From Nemertoderma westbladi (Eukaryota; Animalia; Xenacoelomorpha), in NCBI GenBank assembly GCA_032718475.1, contig JAUCBJ010008458.1, positions 1-64,000 of the forward strand: a stretch of 64,000 nt of DNA, written 5' to 3'. The notes below the pieces were generated by a model. That model did no database searches, was not told the DNA's origin, and saw nothing but the letters and a program-made list of their open reading frames with translations. A program made the position numbers and the translations under genes. Positions 34,981 through 48,116 of the stretch are shown piece by piece (position 1 is the first letter of the stretch; each line of letters starts with the position of its first letter).

Positions 34981-36534
34981 CCCTATTAGTACCGGGCTAT
35001 AAAATGCTGTACAAATACCGGGAGGGGGTCATATTGACCCCCCCCTCTAAAATCTACAAATATTTACGAAAACGTCTGATTTTTTGTTTGTACGTAGGTA
35101 TCACTTGTCTGGATCCGACCGAAAAAAAAAATTTTCGAAAAAATGTACTGGGGTGGTTATATTGCAGCACCAAAATTACAAGTAGTGCTCAATTTTCACA
35201 AAATTTGAAAGTTACATTTTCGGCTAATTCTTTTTCAATACAGGTTTTCTGGGGTGCAAAATACATTGGAAAATATTTAAAAATGATATGATTACTATAA
35301 ATGGCCGTTTAGTCCTCTCTGCGTAGGAAAAAAATGAAAAAAACAAGTAACCAGCACTTTTCAGGTAGAACACAAAATTTTTAATTCACTTATACGATGC
35401 TATAAATTCACATTTTCAGGTTTTCGAGGGCGCTGATTCTAATGGAATACATTTCTAACATGCCAGATCATTGATACTTGTATTTTTCGGCGTAATTTGG
35501 CAAATTTTGGTGCTAGCACCAAATTTCGTACCCATCACCAAAAAGTACAAGTTTGCGATGTCCAGTGCTGTTTTTATGGATTCCATCGGATTCAGGACCC
35601 TCATAAACCCGTATAACGCAAGAAACAAGGTGATACTATCTACTGATAAATTTGCATATTTTCCAAAATTTGGTGCTGGCACAACAATTTTCACCCACTG
35701 GCGAAAAATACCAGTTTGAGAACTCTTATGAAATTTTTACTGATTCCATTGAATTCAGAACCATCACAAACCCGTATAACGCAAGAAACAAGGTGACACA
35801 ATCAATTGATATATTTGATGGTTTTCAAAATTTGGTGCTAGCACCACATTTTGCACCCACATCCGAAAAATACAAGTTTGAGATGTCTAGTTCGATAATT
35901 ATTTATTCCATTGAATTCATAACAGCCATAAACCTCTAAAACGCAAGAAATAAATTGTCACAAGCAATTTTATCTATCGAATGAATTTTCAAAATTTCGT
36001 GCTAGCACCAAAATTTGCACACAGCACCGAAAAATACAAGTTTGATACGCTTGGTGCAACTCGTATATATTTCATCGAATCCAGAACCCCAAAAAACCCC
36101 AATTGCGTAAAAAACAAGTTTCGAACAATCAATTTACAAAATTGACATAATTGAAAATTTGGTGCTGGCACCAAAATTTGTCACCCACCGAAAAAAACAA
36201 GTTTGAAATTTCTAAATCAATTTATATGAATTCCATCAAATTTCTAACACCAAAAAACCGGTGTAAATCAAAAATAGAGATGTTACAATTCATATTTAAT
36301 GAAATGTAATTTTCAAAAAACGTCTCAAAAAAAGTGCCAAAAGTAGGGTTAAAAAATGGTGCTATAACTCGAAAAGTACCCAATATTTTTGAAAACGGTT
36401 TTCACTACTAGGAAGACAATAGATTTTTAGGAAAAGTCATAAAATTTCAGATTCCCAACTGCGTTTGTTTCAGAATTATAATAAAAAAACCACGGGGGGG
36501 GGTCATATTGACCCCCCCCCCGGGTTTAATAGGG
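34981..36534. mobile_element. Non-autonomous piggyBac-like DNA transposon, copy 2 (uninterrupted, 1554 bp)
   Basis: TTAA TSD at 34977-34980 and 36535-36538, CCCTATTA/TAATAGGG TIRs, subterminal GGGGTCATATTGACCCC hairpins and no transposase. Confidence 0.9.
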
Positions 36535-36644
36535 TTAATGAGAGTAGTATATACATTCAAAGTTTCAGGGTATTTTTAAAGGCTAGATTTGGCCGCAATT
36601 AAAAAAAAACAATTCTGCCCAAACACAAGTTAAAGGGGTAACCA

Positions 36645-37545
36645 CCCTGGTCTATGTGAGTAACCTCCCTGGTCTACATGAGTAACCTACCTGGTCTACA
36701 TGAGTAACTTACCTCGTCCATGTGAGTATCCTCCCTGGTCTACATGAGTAACCTCCCTGGTCTATGTGAGTAACCTCCATGGTCCGCGTGAGTAACCTCC
36801 CTGGTCTACGTGAGTAACCTCCCTGGTCTAGATGTGTAACCTACCTCGTCCATGTGAGTAACCTCCATGGTTCGCGTGAGTAACCTCCCTGGTCTACGTG
36901 AGTAACCTCCCTAGTCTACGTGAGTAACCTCCTTGGTCTACGTGAGTAACCTCCCTGGTCTACATGAGTAAGCTCCCTGGTCTACGTGAGTAACCGAGGT
37001 GTACATGAGTAACCTCCCTGGTCTATGTGAGTAACCTCCATGGTCCGCATGAGTAACCTCCTTGGTCAACGTGAGTAACCTCCCTGGTCTACGTGAGTAA
37101 CCTCCCTGGTCTACGTGAGTAACCTCCATGGTCCGCGTGAGTAACCTCCCTGGTCTACGTGAGTAACCTCCCTGGTCTATGTGAGTAACCTCCCTGGTTT
37201 ATGTAGGTAACCTCCCTGGTCTACATGTGTAACCTACATCGTCCATGTGAGTAACCTCCATGGTCCGCGTGAGTAACCTCCCTGGTCTACGTGAGTAACC
37301 TCCATGGTCCGCGTGAGTAGCCTCCCTGGTCTACGTGAGTAACCTCCATGGTCTACATGAGTAACCTCCCTGGTCTACGTGAGTAACCTCCCTGGTCTAC
37401 ATGAGTAACCTCCCTGGTCTATGTGAGTAACCTCCATGGTCCGCGTGAGTAACCTCCCTGGTCCATATGAGTAACCTCCCTGGTCTATGTGAGTAACCTC
37501 CATGGTCCGCGTGAGTAACCTCCCTGGTCCATATGAGTAACCTCA
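36645..37545. repeat. 22-bp minisatellite (GTGAGTAACCTCCCTGGTCTAC)n, about 40 copies
   Basis: Directly visible tandem array with variant units such as CCATGGTCCGC. Confidence 0.95.
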
Positions 37546-38085
37546 CCAACTCTAGGATCTCTGTGTCTGTATGTATGTCTGTTTGTCTGTCAGTCTGTCT
37601 GTCAAAAAATAATTAAGCATATTATGTAATAAAAACATTCGCCATGGGGGGTTTTCCAGGACGCTGATTTCATTTCTAATGTCAGTATCTACAGCTGACC
37701 AAACTAGGATGTATGTATCTGTGTCTGTATGCATGTCTGTTTGTCTGTCAGTCTGTCTGTCAAAAAGTAAGGGAGAGCATATTATACAATAAAAACATTC
37801 GCCATAGGGGTTTTCCAGGTCTCTTAATTCATTTCTGATGTCAGTTTTTGCGACTGACCAACTCTAGGCTATCTGTGTCTGTTTGTATGTCTGTTTGTCT
37901 GTCAGTCTATCTGTCAAAAAATAAGGAAGCATATGCCTAGCATGCGTTTGGTGAAGGTAGCTTTTTTCTTGTCTAGCTCATTGAGAGGTGTTAGTTTGAG
38001 AAACTGGCCAATGCATAGGCTGGGAGGCAGATCAATTTTGATTAGAATATGTTTAAACCTGTCTTTATTGAGAGCATTATTATAA
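37546..38085 (-). repeat. Right arm of the long inverted repeat
   Basis: Reverse complement of 33600-34080. Confidence 0.8.
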
Positions 38086-38265
38086 TATAAACAACTTGGA
38101 AAATTTTTACTATTTATAATTTTACTATGTAATACGCACTTTATTTTACCCTAAAACACTATATTTTCTATAATAAATTGCCTAATACTTAAACAACGTA
38201 ACTCAACACAAAATAAACACACACATACAAATTATATTTGTGCGGTGCTGTAGGAATGTTAGTAA

Positions 38266-39192
38266 CTACTACTACTACTTACTACTAGGTCGAGCGAACT
38301 CGGACAGTGGAAATGAAATCCTTCCAGGCTTCCCGATTCTCCATAGTTGTCGCAATTTCGTTTCTCCCAAGTTCAGTATCCCTTTCAAGTTGATCTATAT
38401 ATGTTATGGCCGGTCGTCCACGACTACGCTTTCCATGAGTTGGTTACCAGAGAAGTAGATCTGGTATGACCTCGTCTCTACTTCGCCAGCAGTGCCCACT
38501 GAATTTTAATCTGCGTTCACGGAGGGTGGTTGATACAGGTGGTATTGTACCATAAAGTTCGGCGTTTGTCATGTGTTGTCTCCAGCTGATTTTTAGGGCT
38601 GCCCTTAGTAGTTTTGTGTAGCAACCATCAATTCGTTGTTCACGTGATTTAGTCAGTGTCCAGGTCTCACCCCCGTATAAAAATACACTTTCCACTGTGG
38701 CTCGAAAGAACTTAGTCTTCAGGTGCCTGGAGAGATCTGATTTCCAGATGGTATCCATTTTTGATAGAGCTACCCAAGCCTTTGCTTTCCTAACTTATAT
38801 GTCCTTTTTGCTACTCTCTATCCATGATCCAAGGTACTGGAAGTCATCGACCTTCCTTAGTTGATTATTATCAATGGTTGTCAAGTTTCCATCAACATTA
38901 AAGGTCATGAATTCGGTCTTTGTAGCATTTATATGCAATCCAACCTCCTTAGCAGCCCTCTCCACTTTATTTAGTAGAAGCTGTGCATCTGCTAGCGTAT
39001 TAGAGAGCAGGGCGATGTCATCCGCAAAGTCGGTGTCTGTGACTGTAGTTGCCGGATATCTACTACTTCTGCGTTCTTGAAGTGTGAATCCCAGATCTTC
39101 ACCCTTTGTGGCCGTCCTCATTGCGTAATCCAGCACAATTACAAATAGTAATGATGCTAATGTGTAACCTTGCAGTACGCCAGCCAGGATTA
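38266..39192 (-). mobile_element. 5'-truncated RTE-like LINE with an (AGT)n tail
   Basis: GVLQG, DFADDIAL, FQYLGS, LYGGETWTLTK, RRLKFSGHC. An 11-bp TSD, AATGTTAGTAA, lies at 38255-38265 and 39193-39203. Confidence 0.9.
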
Positions 39193-42100
39193 AATGTTAG
39201 TAAAGGAGTAGGTTACAGAGTTGGTTTGGATGAACCAAAACCATAAAAAGAAGTAGATTAAAGCAGGTTAGTAACGGGTTAAAATGGTTAATTACTGACC
39301 CTAGATGGAATTAATTATCCTGGAGGTGAGGAGTATATTGGCTAATAAACGAATTGTCAAACTCAGTAACTTCATGTAATTATAATTCAATATTCAAGTA
39401 AATTAATGTTCCTTCTGAGGATAACAAACAGATTAATCAACTCGATACAAAATGCAGTTGAGGATTTTACATAAACATTCCACCTTATTTGAATTGATTT
39501 TGGTTGATGATTTCCAAAAATTTCCAGCATATTTGATGATTTTTACAAAGAATATATCTATTCTTTTGTAAAAATCATCAAATATGCTGGAAATTTTTTG
39601 TTAAGATAGTAATATCTTTGTGTCTGTTATGTTATATTGTGATATCCGCTAATCCGCTAATAGCCGCTATTGCGCTAATCATTTATAACTAATATAATTG
39701 TTTCGACCAATGTTATTCATAATCAGGATTTTACCTTCATTATATTTTATTTAACCTTATGACAAACATTCCATTACAGAGGTATTTGAGATAGATTATA
39801 TCTCTATAGGAATATACAGTGAACTGGTAACACCAATATTTGTAGATATAAAGTTCAGTTACTAATAACATCATATAGGTGGCATGTGAATCCACAGCGT
39901 CAGTAAACTTTACGCGTCTAAAATCACAGTGTCGCAGAGTCGCTACAATTTATTCAGCTCCAAAGATCCTGACGTAAGAAAAAACTTATCTACAAATAAA
40001 TGTAAGTTTATTACATAGTTCGGTTGCATTAGTTTATTAGCACATAATTAGTCTAACCACCAGCAGTCTGCATACACAGACACATATCATATGTATGTAC
40101 ATACATACATACATACATACATACATACATACATACTTTCATAACTAGGCCCTAAATACCTATCATAATTATTACTTACCAATAATTACTATCCGTTTGT
40201 AATTACTATTATTATTTTAGCTTGATCAACGACACAGAAGATACAGAATACGAAGTGAATATAAACGAACCTCCCCCAGGTAACCAACATTCCGTGTTGT
40301 TCCATCCACTTTCAGCTCCAGAACTTAATAACAGTTAATCAACCCTATGTAAGTTAAACTTTTGTTTTATTCTATAATATTACCTATATTTAAGATTATT
40401 TAATAGATTTTATGAGGAATATAAACAATGTTTAGTCTTCAAGGTAATCGAATCATTTCGAAAAGAGGACCTCTGCACCGAACTCCTATACTTCTTCCTC
40501 ATAGGATGTAGGACTTATGAATTACAGAAGGACTTTATTGAACAGGACAAAACAACATGGCATGTTGTCATGACAACATGACGACATGACAACACAACAC
40601 ATTGTGTTGTTTTTGAAATTCTTTCAGTTTGTTGATACCCTGTTGAGGTAGAGTACCGGTACAGAGCAGACAGCTACCGTTGAGAACACTACCGTACTGA
40701 AATACACTCTAAACACCAACTTCTGTATAGTGGTTTAGTTTGACAGTCATTCTCTAACATTCAGACAGTTTGCGCCTTAGCGTACTTCTATTTTTGTAAA
40801 TTTGGCGCTATACAAATGCATTATTATTATTATTATTATTATTACAGTTCAAAGCTATTCAGTATAGCTACTGTACCTACCGCCGCTCTATTTGTAGATG
40901 TACTGAGGTAGGCCTATACTAAATAATATAGTAATAAAGCCTACCGGTGTGGTACAGGTTTTTGAGCTGTTGAGTTTGATGACAGAAGATACTATATTTG
41001 CAGTACTATCTCAGATAGTGTTCTCGGACAAGGCAGGGAACGGGTCTGGACGGAAAGCCCATCTTGCCTCCTCGAATTAATATTTCGCCTGGGCGATTTA
41101 TCAATGTTAATTATCAATTAATGGAAAGGAGCAGGTAACAGTTGCACGTTATTGTAATCAAAACAATAAAACGAAATCAATAACGCATCTTATAATAAAT
41201 ATTTTTGCGAGTTAGCGTTCTTTGCATCGAAATTCCCCTGGAGATGAATATATTTAGTGTGTGACGAAAGTGCCTGATCTGTCTCTGAATGGGTGGGGTA
41301 TTACTCTTAGCAATGGCAGTAATTTGTAGGAAGGAACTTTCCTATAGCTAAACCAGATAAACATATAGGGGGGGAAACTGGACGCAAATCCCATCTTGGC
41401 GAATTAATAACCTACCTTCATATTAAATTCTCAATTTAGGGAAAAGAGCGGGTTACAGTGGCACGTTATTCTAATTTAGTCAGTTCTGGTATTCTAGTTC
41501 AACGATCAAGAAACCTCCATGCAGCAAAAGCACCCTTCCCCAGTGTTGAGGTACGACTGAATACCCCCCCCCCCCCCCCCCGGATAATATTATATTATCA
41601 TGAAACATTTTACTATTACGTCTACAGGATATCCCATTTTTACCCCAGAAATAAAAAAATAAATTTGGATAACCCCAGATTGTTTCATTGCAAAAAACAG
41701 TAGGATATCTTAAATAAAACTAATTGTAAAATGGGGTATCCCCTAATTAAACACCTTAATTAACACTGATTGCCATAAATATTTGTAATTAGTTACCAGA
41801 TTCGATGGAAGAAATGAATTTACAGTTATTACCAATTCTCTATATTAGTTTTTAAGTTGATATTATATCATTTAAGGAGTTCGGACGGAGTGAGGGTAGG
41901 GAGATCAAATGTCATACTAATTTGGTAACCCGGTCCTAAATTGCCAAATGGGGTGTCGTTTCAGTCTTCCCATAGGGTTAATGTTAAATTAATATTGAAA
42001 ACTTAGTGCCTAGATGTAAAAATTGTACTGTAAATTGTGCTCCAAAATTTAGTTTATTGTTTTGGTTAGAAAAGCCTGCCATAGGTGAATCAACAGAGCG

Positions 42101-42209
42101 AACCAATGAGAGTCAAATAAGAGACAAACTGTTGAGTCAACCGAAAGAATATGTATGAGTATTTTCAGGACTCATTATCCTGAATAATCATGAATATGTG
42201 ATACAATAC

Positions 42210-42452
42210 CCTCGAAGATACGGTCAAATTCTTACTGTTTATAGCGATGTAATTAAGCTCAATATCCTGGTAGAATATAAGACTGGTATTGCCGATAAAA
42301 TAGGAATCGTGTTGATCAAGTTTTTCTATTTGTAAATGTATGTGGTAGTCAGTTACTGTAACTCTTGGTAACAGTAAGTGGGTCCACGGCCCAAAGTAAG
42401 TCTCGTTTCGTTCGTCACCTCCAATAATATCGCATTCGTACAAAGTTAGTTT
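42210..42452 (-). CDS. Probable exon of an M1 aminopeptidase (aminopeptidase-N-like) gene, N-terminal domain
   Basis: PWTHLLLPRVTVTDYHIHLQ..FIGNTSL..NYIAINSKNLTV resembles the M1 pattern PW..RLP....HY.L.L..F.G...I..I.LH...L. Acceptor TTTAG and donor AGG|GTATTG give 243 bp, phase 0-0. Confidence 0.55.
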
Positions 42453-43457
42453 CTAAATTAGTTTTTTTCGTCTCCTGAATATTTCGTCGCTAAAACCATT
42501 TTGTTTTTTATCGAGATATTCTTCAATAAAATTATTTAATAAAAGTCAAAACGTTATGACAATAAAGATGGAATTGTCAATAAAATTTATGCCCTGGCTA
42601 TACTGTACGCTTGGTACTGGTACACAAGATGCTGACTAGTAAGTAAAATATTTAAAAATAATATTTGAAAAATTACACTCGTATCACAAAAATTTAACAA
42701 AGTACGAAATGAACAAAGTCACCGGATGGTCAGCTAGACATAGCCAATGTTATCCATTGATGAATCAGATCAATGAATCATTGATGATTCACTAATCATC
42801 GTTAAAATATGATGTATATTAATGCTAAATTAACGTTAATAATGAACGTTAAAAATTAACATTAAAAAATTTGTGAATGTCAGATCTCTGTTGATTTTTA
42901 ACGTATAATTACAGTAAAAAATTAACGTTAAAAATTAACATTAAAGTTTCGTTAAAAAATATGGTATTGTCAGATATTTGTCTAATTTTGACGTATAATT
43001 ACTGTAAAAATTAACGTTAAAAATTGACAGAATTCTAACGTATATTAACGTAGATTTATGGTTAAATTCTAACTGTCATTTTTTAACGAATATCTAACAT
43101 AAACCCAACGTTAGATTAACGTTGGTGGTTTGCAGGGTATATCGCTCTACATTGTTTCCTACCTAATATGTTACATAATTCCAATACCAAAACTGTTTTT
43201 GTTTAAAATCGTAACATTTAATGTATTTATAAGTAAATAAGACCAAAATCCTGGAGTATTACTTGCAAACAAAATTAGAATCAATAATGCTGTTTTACAG
43301 GAAAAGTCAATTTTGTCATTTAGGTTGTTTGAAAATAAAAGGGACGATACAGTATTACTGTAATATACACTAATAATACCGGTAATATTCATTACGAATC
43401 TGCCTCTTTTCGTGTTCGGTAGGTATAATATAATAACTCAGTATACTTTCCGTTACG

Positions 43458-46400
43458 TGTTAGATACCCGTACCCAGTAGGCCCAGTACTGCACTCCTCA
43501 ATCAGTTACCCAGTACTGCACTCCTGCAACCTCCCTCCTGCTATCAGGCTACCGGTACTAGCAATAAAGAATGTAAAAAATACCGTTAGCCACTACAGTG
43601 CAGAAGTATGTGTTACCTCTCTGATTTCCTTGCCCCCTACACTAAATCGATTTCCTTGCCCCCTACACTACATCCCCCCCTGTTTCTATAGAAACATATA
43701 CAACCAACCACGCTTGTCAATTTTATAGTCGTTTTACTTTCGGTTACCTTGTAGTTGCCTTTCGGCAACTACTTTCAGTTTCGGTTAGTTTGCGTATCCA
43801 TAATAGTCTGGAGGGCGACTCGAGCGACCAGATCTTGTCGTGGTTGTGCCTGGTGTCACATTCTCTACTCCGAGAGGGTTAGGGCCGGTTCCAATCTCTG
43901 GGTTGCTTTCTACCGTAGTACAACTTTCAGACTCTTCGTCGCTGCTTGTCTCCTGATCAATATCGATATTGTTCTGAATGAACGTTTGTAGGCATGAGTA
44001 CTCTCGAGGGAAGCTGGTTTTGCGGACATCCTGGAGGTGCCTGCGAACCCCTTTCACATAGACTGCCCATTGGTCTACCGCATCCACCCGATGTGGACCA
44101 TTCCATGTGGTGGCACATCAGACATGTTGGGCCGGTTTTATGTACACCAAGTCACCAATTCTAATGTTATGTCTAACGTTTTCCTCTTCTTCCGTTGTAA
44201 TTAGGGTGGTAATTAGGTTAATTTTTGTTGACTCCTGGAAGTTTTCTTTCACGTAATGCCATTCCAGCAAAGCACTGTTCCTGGGGGGTCTGCACATGTC
44301 CCTTGCCTTTCACTTTCCAAGAAGACTTGCTGCAGTTGTGTAGTGACTGAGTTTGTTTTCTCATTTGCAACACGTCGGCAGATGGTGTAATTGGTGGCGC
44401 AATCAATTCCCGTCAGATATTTCCGATCCTCATATTCGGTGAAGTCAACTGAGATTCGACTCCAAGGTTCACTAACCTTGGTTGTTCCTTGTTTTAACTG
44501 TACTGGAGCTGGGTCTATACTATTACACTGGTCACACTCACTACATATTTTCTGTATGATTCTCTTTGGCACAGGTTCTCCGGTGCTCAATTGATGGTCT
44601 AACTTACAGAGATCCGCAGTTCGGTCTTCCCCTTGGTGAGCAATACAATGGATTTCGGTCGCACGATTCGTTTTATTTTCATCCATCTCTACCGCGGCTG
44701 CCATCACCTTGTTGTCGAGTGTTTGGTTGATTCCCCCAGCCTTCACCCAGCTTTGCGGAATCCTGGTCAGTGCATTAGCAATATTTTTTCCCGAGGTTAC
44801 ATGATGTGTCCTCACCGTTAAACTGTATTGCCCTATAGTGTTTACCAGCACATCTAGTCGCCTTCCTATAAGTTTCCTTGACTGGCCTTTTGTCTGTACC
44901 CTATGCAAGTTTCTCACTGCTGCCTCTACCCAGCTGTGTGCTGTGACTGAATCTATATAAAGGTCGATTTCATTTAAATTCCAATCTATAGCTAAGTTAA
45001 TACCTTCAATAGCAGCATCCAGTTCTGCTACATTAATATGAGCTGTGTCATTTTCCTTGCGGAGCCACGAGGCATCCTCAACTACATGACCCCCTATCTT
45101 CACCACAACACCTGTGGATATTGCACTCGCATGTGTCCACACCTCTCCTCTTTCACCATTTTCAACCACCCACTTTCCCTTCACTGGGTCTGACTGATTT
45201 ACTCGAGTTAGTGTTTCGGAAACCATTTCTCGCACCTTGATGTTCACTTGATCATCCCAACCAGTTCCTGCACTACATCGCTGCATCCAAGCACAAGCAG
45301 GGCGTAACCAATTCGCAACTGGATAGTGCCCCCGCAGTTGTCTACATATTGAGTGAACCTCTCTCCAGGTTAGATTCTGTGGGGTATCCTTTCTAATTTC
45401 CGTTTTACATTTCCACATTAAGTGTTCCGAAGGTTTATTCTTGGCCATCTGTAGGCCCAGCACTCTGCACCCCCTCATAACTGGTTCTGCCTCTTTAGTC
45501 CTCAATCCATACATTTTTAAGTGGTTGCGCACAGTTTCAGTTGATATTCTGCTCGTATCTGTATAAATGTCACCTCGGAAGTTATTAGTGGCTTCTTTCA
45601 CGTCTACAGCTTGAGCTAATGCAGTTTCAACAATTGTGTCCATGATCTTTGGCGCTGGCCCCAAGCCAAACCCCATGGTCGTAATAACATACCGCTTTCC
45701 TGCATGAACTACTGTTTGGAAGGGAAGCAGCGATGTATCGATTTTGACTTGCATATATGCCCAGCTTAACTCTATTAAGGCTGTATTTTCTCCCATTTTG
45801 CGCCACTTCCACATCTTCTCATTACATACCGCAGCCTCTCTACCAGGGTAATTTTCTATAAACTCATTTAGTTCTCGATAGTCTAGAACTGGTCGGACCC
45901 TACCTTTTTTTAGGCTCAAACTTCGCCATAATTGGGATTGTACCATGTACTATTCCATGAACTGTACGATCATAGGGTACCATCCATCCCTTTTCTTTCC
46001 ACTCTGCTATGGCAGCTTCGAACATGTCTGCATGTTCTGGTCACACTTTATACTGAGTAACCGAGTTTTTCAGTACTGGAAACACACCGTCTTTCAATTT
46101 CCAGGAAGCCATCCAGGTCTCCCCATCGAAGTTTGCTACAAAGTCAGAATCCTCTATACGGATGGTCCTACATTTGGAGTTTGGTTTCTGTAGAATTTTA
46201 GGATTTATATCCTCCACTATCTCCTTTGCTGCTGCTCCAAAAATTACTGTAGAAAACACCGATGCTCCAAGTCGTTTAATAATATCTGATCCTAAGATTA
46301 AGGATCCCCCATTTACCAGCTGCTCAACTACAGCAAAGGTCCATTCCAACTGGCAGTCCTTGTCCGGTACTCTTTCGAAATCTAAGCATTACTTCTCCTA

Positions 46401-47020
46401 TGATCCTCGTTTTGGTATGGCTATCCAACATCGTAATATTGTTTTCTCTGTTATTTTTCTGCTGAATTACTATACCCCATTTCTGACACCATCCTTTTGA
46501 TGCAATACTACACGAACATCCAGTATCTACCAGTGCATCAACGCTCTTCAGTAATGAGGGATAACAGTCGGCGTAGATCGGCCAAATATGTATCTGCATA
46601 TGTATCCATATTTCATAGGCTGCATATGAGGTATCCGCAAAAGCCTCGATCAGTCGTTGCTTGATCAGATTATAATCCTGTTTATTCGCGTCTTCCAATT
46701 GACATACCACATCATGTGCTGCATCTGTTAAACTCAGCTTTAGATACATAGCCCGACTTTCCTCACTGAGTTGTTTCGATTCTTTCCATTGCATGTTAGA
46801 TATGAATATAATATAATATAATATGGTTCAGTTCGTAATTAATCACAGGTACCGGTATGACGTATTACTCACAGGTACCCAGTAGGCCTACTGCACTCCT
46901 CAATCAGTAACCCAGTACTGCACTCCTGCAACCTCCCTCCTGCTATCAGGCTACCGGTACTAGCAATAAAGAATGTAAAAAATACCGTTAGCCAGTACAG
47001 TGCAGAAGTATGTGTTACCC
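43458..47020 (-). mobile_element. Degenerate Gypsy-type LTR retrotransposon
   Basis: Gag remnant, protease LVDTGCS, RT VLDYRELN/MGFGL with YxDD decayed to FRGD, RNase H HINVAELDA, integrase HHCC and SVDF. LTR remnants at 43458-43672 (PPT AGAAACAGGGGGGGA adjacent) and 46794-47020. Confidence 0.85.
44249..45946 (-). pseudogene. Gypsy pol remnant (RT, RNase H, partial integrase)
   Basis: Domain order is RT, RNase H, integrase. Catalytic residues are mutated and the integrase core is deleted. Confidence 0.8.
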
Positions 47021-47598
47021 ATCTAATATTACCATTAACTATATTTTTGTTATCTAAAACATTTACATTTAATATGCGATATTTAGGAAGCAAAAAGTGC
47101 TGATAAGGCTGATAATAGTCTAACAGTTGAGATAGATAAACATGACTAATTATAACTACAGTATATGCTAGATCTTCGTTCATTACTTGATGCTTGACTC
47201 GCCAAATAAAACACAGTTGAGTTAAGTGGGCAATGGGTCTTTGGGCCACTTGACTAATATGGTGGCCCATTACTATCAAGGTCCAAAACTATAATAATAA
47301 ATAACAATGTTTTAAAAATGATACCCATATCGACCACTGTTATTAATTTATTAAACTATTACAATTCTGTTTCAAATGCCCATTCATGTTAATTGTGTGG
47401 TTGAGAACTGAATCGATTTTTAGTAATTTCAGTTACAGTTACAGTATTCAAAATTCCTAATTACAGTTTCAGTTACAGTTACAGTATTCAAAATTCGCAA
47501 AATTACAGTTACAGAGTTACAGTATCAAAAGAATCATCAAAATCATTCAGTTACAGTTGCAGTTACAGTATAATTACAGTTACAGTTCTCAACACTAG

Positions 47599-48116
47599 GT
47601 TAGATTGCCCTTCTTGGGAACTGGCACCAACTTATTTGTTTTCATTTCTTGTTGGACTCTTGTTGCTCGGTACATGTCTACTATGATGGGATAGATGAGC
47701 TTTAAACTCAGGTATTTTAAAGAACTCAGGGGGAACACCAACTACTCTACTGGCACGATTGGTCTAAATGCTCTTTGCAGCAGCCTTCACTTCTGCAAAG
47801 GAGATATCGCCAATGGGAATATCTGGGAGTACAGACTCAGACACTTTTACTTCTATAAAGTTATCAGGCAATGCGCTGTCATTATTGAGGAGCTTTTCAA
47901 AGTGGGCCTTCCAACCATTATTGAGGCGATCGGCTGGTGATTCAGCATTAAGCTTTGGTGGTTGGTTGGCTTTTCCGCCCAGTAAGCAAATTGATCGATT
48001 TCCATGCTTGGGATGATTGCCTGCTGTCGTCAGCATCATTGATGGCATCAACCTGTTGGTTTATTAGCTCCTGTAGATTAACAGAGTACTGCCTGTTCAG
48101 GGACCTAGATGCAGCC
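47599..48116 (-). mobile_element. RTE-like LINE fragment, target site of the large BEL element
   Basis: Close reverse complement of ~22345-22860. Homology stops exactly at GCAGCC|TGTAC. Confidence 0.85.

Noticed and set aside
34923-36174. Short ORFs inside the MITE copies and the 32.1-32.5 kb repeat
   Set aside because: They are by-products of repetitive non-coding sequence and have no transposase motifs.
36645-37545. CRISPR-like array
   Set aside because: The 22-bp units are contiguous with no unique spacers, and the context is eukaryotic. It is a minisatellite.
39770-40450. Several short AG...GT-bounded plus-strand segments resembling micro-exons
   Set aside because: The phases do not chain consistently and the peptides are unrecognisable.
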